Below, piece by piece: positions 55,901 to 57,055 of a DNA stretch of 57,055 nucleotides; the stretch's first letter is position 1; each line of letters starts with the position of its first letter. The DNA comes from a virus. Taxonomy: Duplodnaviria; Caudoviricetes. The stretch covers positions 1-57,055 of the IMG/VR virus record IMGVR_UViG_3300046048_000470; one strand, 5' to 3'. The position numbers and the translations under genes are program-made. Under the pieces are notes generated by a model. The model did no database searches, was not told the DNA's origin, and saw only the letters and a list, made by a program, of their open reading frames with translations.

Positions 55901-56071
55901 TCATGACGATGTTCTCCCCGAGCGGATGTTGTCGCCGGAGTCTCGGCAGGGTCCGCAGCAGTAGACCTGCCCGCGTGTCCCAAAGACGATGTCTGCGGCA
56001 TTGGCTAGCACCTGCTCACCGCAGTGCTTGCACCGGTACTCAGTGACTTCGATTCCGTTGATCTCGACCAT
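55901..56071 (-). CDS. Small Zn-finger protein (56 aa)
   Basis: RBS GAGGAG; CKHC...YCCGPC. Confidence 0.65.
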   Translation of the reverse strand: MVEINGIEVTEYRCKHCGEQVLANAADIVFGTRGQVYCCGPCRDSGDNIRSGRTSS

Positions 56072-56106
56072 GACGCTGTACTCCTCGATTGTTGGGAAAG
56101 TTGAAC

Positions 56107-56132
56107 CCCCTACCGGCCCGAACCGGTAGGGG
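56107..56132 (-). terminator. Hairpin after gene 56147..56554
   Basis: 10-bp stem cccctaccgg/ccggtagggg. Confidence 0.5.
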
Positions 56133-56146
56133 AGTGTTGCTGCTTG

Positions 56147-56554
56147 CTACTGCTGGCCTTCGCCGAGACCCGCGAACGGATCCGCTGGCTTCAGCACCGC
56201 GTCGAGCACCTTCTCGGCCTCGATCGTTTTCTCGATCAGCTCGAAGATCCGAGCCCGAGACGACCGGAACAGGCCCGGGTACTCCCCCGCCGGCAGCGTC
56301 GGCTTGCCGGCCTGCAGGTCGCGCATCAGGCCGATACCGGCCCAAATCGCCGGTTGGTTCTCGACGACAAGCATCCGCCGGAGATCCCGCAGAGCGTCGA
56401 GCTTGCTCATCGACTCGTCACGCTCGCTCATCTCCGAAGCGAAACGGTCGAGCGCCCGGCAGAAACTCTGCGCTTTGCGCTCGACCGCTAGAGCCGCGTG
56501 AGGGTTGACGTTGATGTGTGGGTTGCTGTTCGTCCGGTTGAAGTCTGTAGCCAT
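56147..56554 (-). CDS. Hypothetical protein
   Basis: Leaderless start inside the 70-bp element (MATDF). Confidence 0.75.
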   Translation of the reverse strand: MATDFNRTNSNPHINVNPHAALAVERKAQSFCRALDRFASEMSERDESMSKLDALRDLRRMLVVENQPAIWAGIGLMRDLQAGKPTLPAGEYPGLFRSSRARIFELIEKTIEAEKVLDAVLKPADPFAGLGEGQQ

Positions 56555-56610
56555 AACCACGACCTTACACCGCGTGAACCCCAACCGGCAACCGGGGTTA
56601 ACGATTTCAG
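56541..56610 (-). repeat. 70-bp stop-promoter-start element, copy 2
   Basis: Identical to 41525..41594. Confidence 0.95.
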
Positions 56611-56879
56611 TGTTTGGAGAGAAACGAGTCTCCCAACCTGGCCAGAAGCACCGTCTGATATCGCTTACCGAACCCGGCCCGAGAGATCCCCCCGAGCGCC
56701 TCCCGGACTTCGCTCTTGGTCGCGCCGGCCTCGAACGCACGAACGATCAGCTCGATCTGCCCGGCCTTCTCCGCCGCTGCAGCCTCGACCGCAGACGCCA
56801 GGCGGTCCTGCCGTGCCTGCTCTGTCACTCGGAGCGCCGCCAACGTCTCCAGGCGGATTGCTTCCGACACCTCACCCAT
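56607..56879 (-). CDS. Small HTH-like protein
   Basis: RBS GAAGGAAG; IVRAFEAGATKSEVREALGGISRAG. Confidence 0.7.
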   Translation of the reverse strand: MGEVSEAIRLETLAALRVTEQARQDRLASAVEAAAAEKAGQIELIVRAFEAGATKSEVREALGGISRAGFGKRYQTVLLARLGDSFLSKH

Positions 56880-56928
56880 GGTCTTCCTTCTTTCGTCGCT
56901 GAATGTTGAAGGTCGCCGCCGCTATCGA

Positions 56929-57055
56929 GCGGCGACGACCAGAACCTACTGGCAACCGGGGTTAACGGCCAACCGACGTTATTTTCTCGGGCCAGGCCTT
57001 GAACCTCAACGCCGCCGAACCACGGTGAGGCGCATCCCACCGGTAAACCGTGATC
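56929..57055. repeat. Terminal direct repeat, copy 2
   Basis: Identical to 1..127. Confidence 0.95.

Noticed and set aside
56929-57055. 127-bp terminal repeat as a biological DTR
   Set aside because: Its length equals a common assembler k-mer and it cuts through a gene; best read as a circularisation overlap.

Overview
The window is an apparently complete, circularly assembled genome (56,928 bp unique; the last 127 bp repeat the first 127 bp) of a high-GC tailed dsDNA phage. It is probably a siphovirus: it has a long tape measure and no sheath is recognisable. The host is probably an actinobacterium, judging from two WhiB genes, an LmbU-like regulator and many leaderless TANNNT promoters. 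About 85 genes are called, almost all on the minus strand. Modules: head (portal, scaffold, decoration, capsid, adaptor, MuF; 13.6-5.7 kb), a three-gene fibre-like module (4.6-2.2 kb), a divergent early/regulatory region across the contig junction, neck/tail (55.3-41.9 kb), recombination/replication (UvrD-like helicase, Gam-like, ERF, RuvC, O-like initiator with internal iterons; 41.5-31.5 kb), terminase (26.7-24.4 kb), DNA methyltransferase, amidase endolysin and accessory genes. No integrase, ParA, DNA polymerase, canonical tRNA or CRISPR array was recognised. The most unusual signals are mostly non-coding: (i) an identical 70-bp stop-promoter-start element bracketing the whole tail module, plus a shared ATGGCTAC start on seven genes; (ii) a 57-nt D-arm-less tRNA-like structure in the early transcript; (iii) a switchable structured leader with a candidate antisense RNA upstream of the replication genes; (iv) a dispersed ACCCC-N4-GGGGT palindrome overlapping -10 boxes; (v) an XRE-HTH protein ending in a beta-clamp motif (QLSLF); (vi) a WhiB-Zn ribbon-LmbU fusion ORF. 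All protein calls come from motif recognition by eye, not database searches, and start codons are best estimates.
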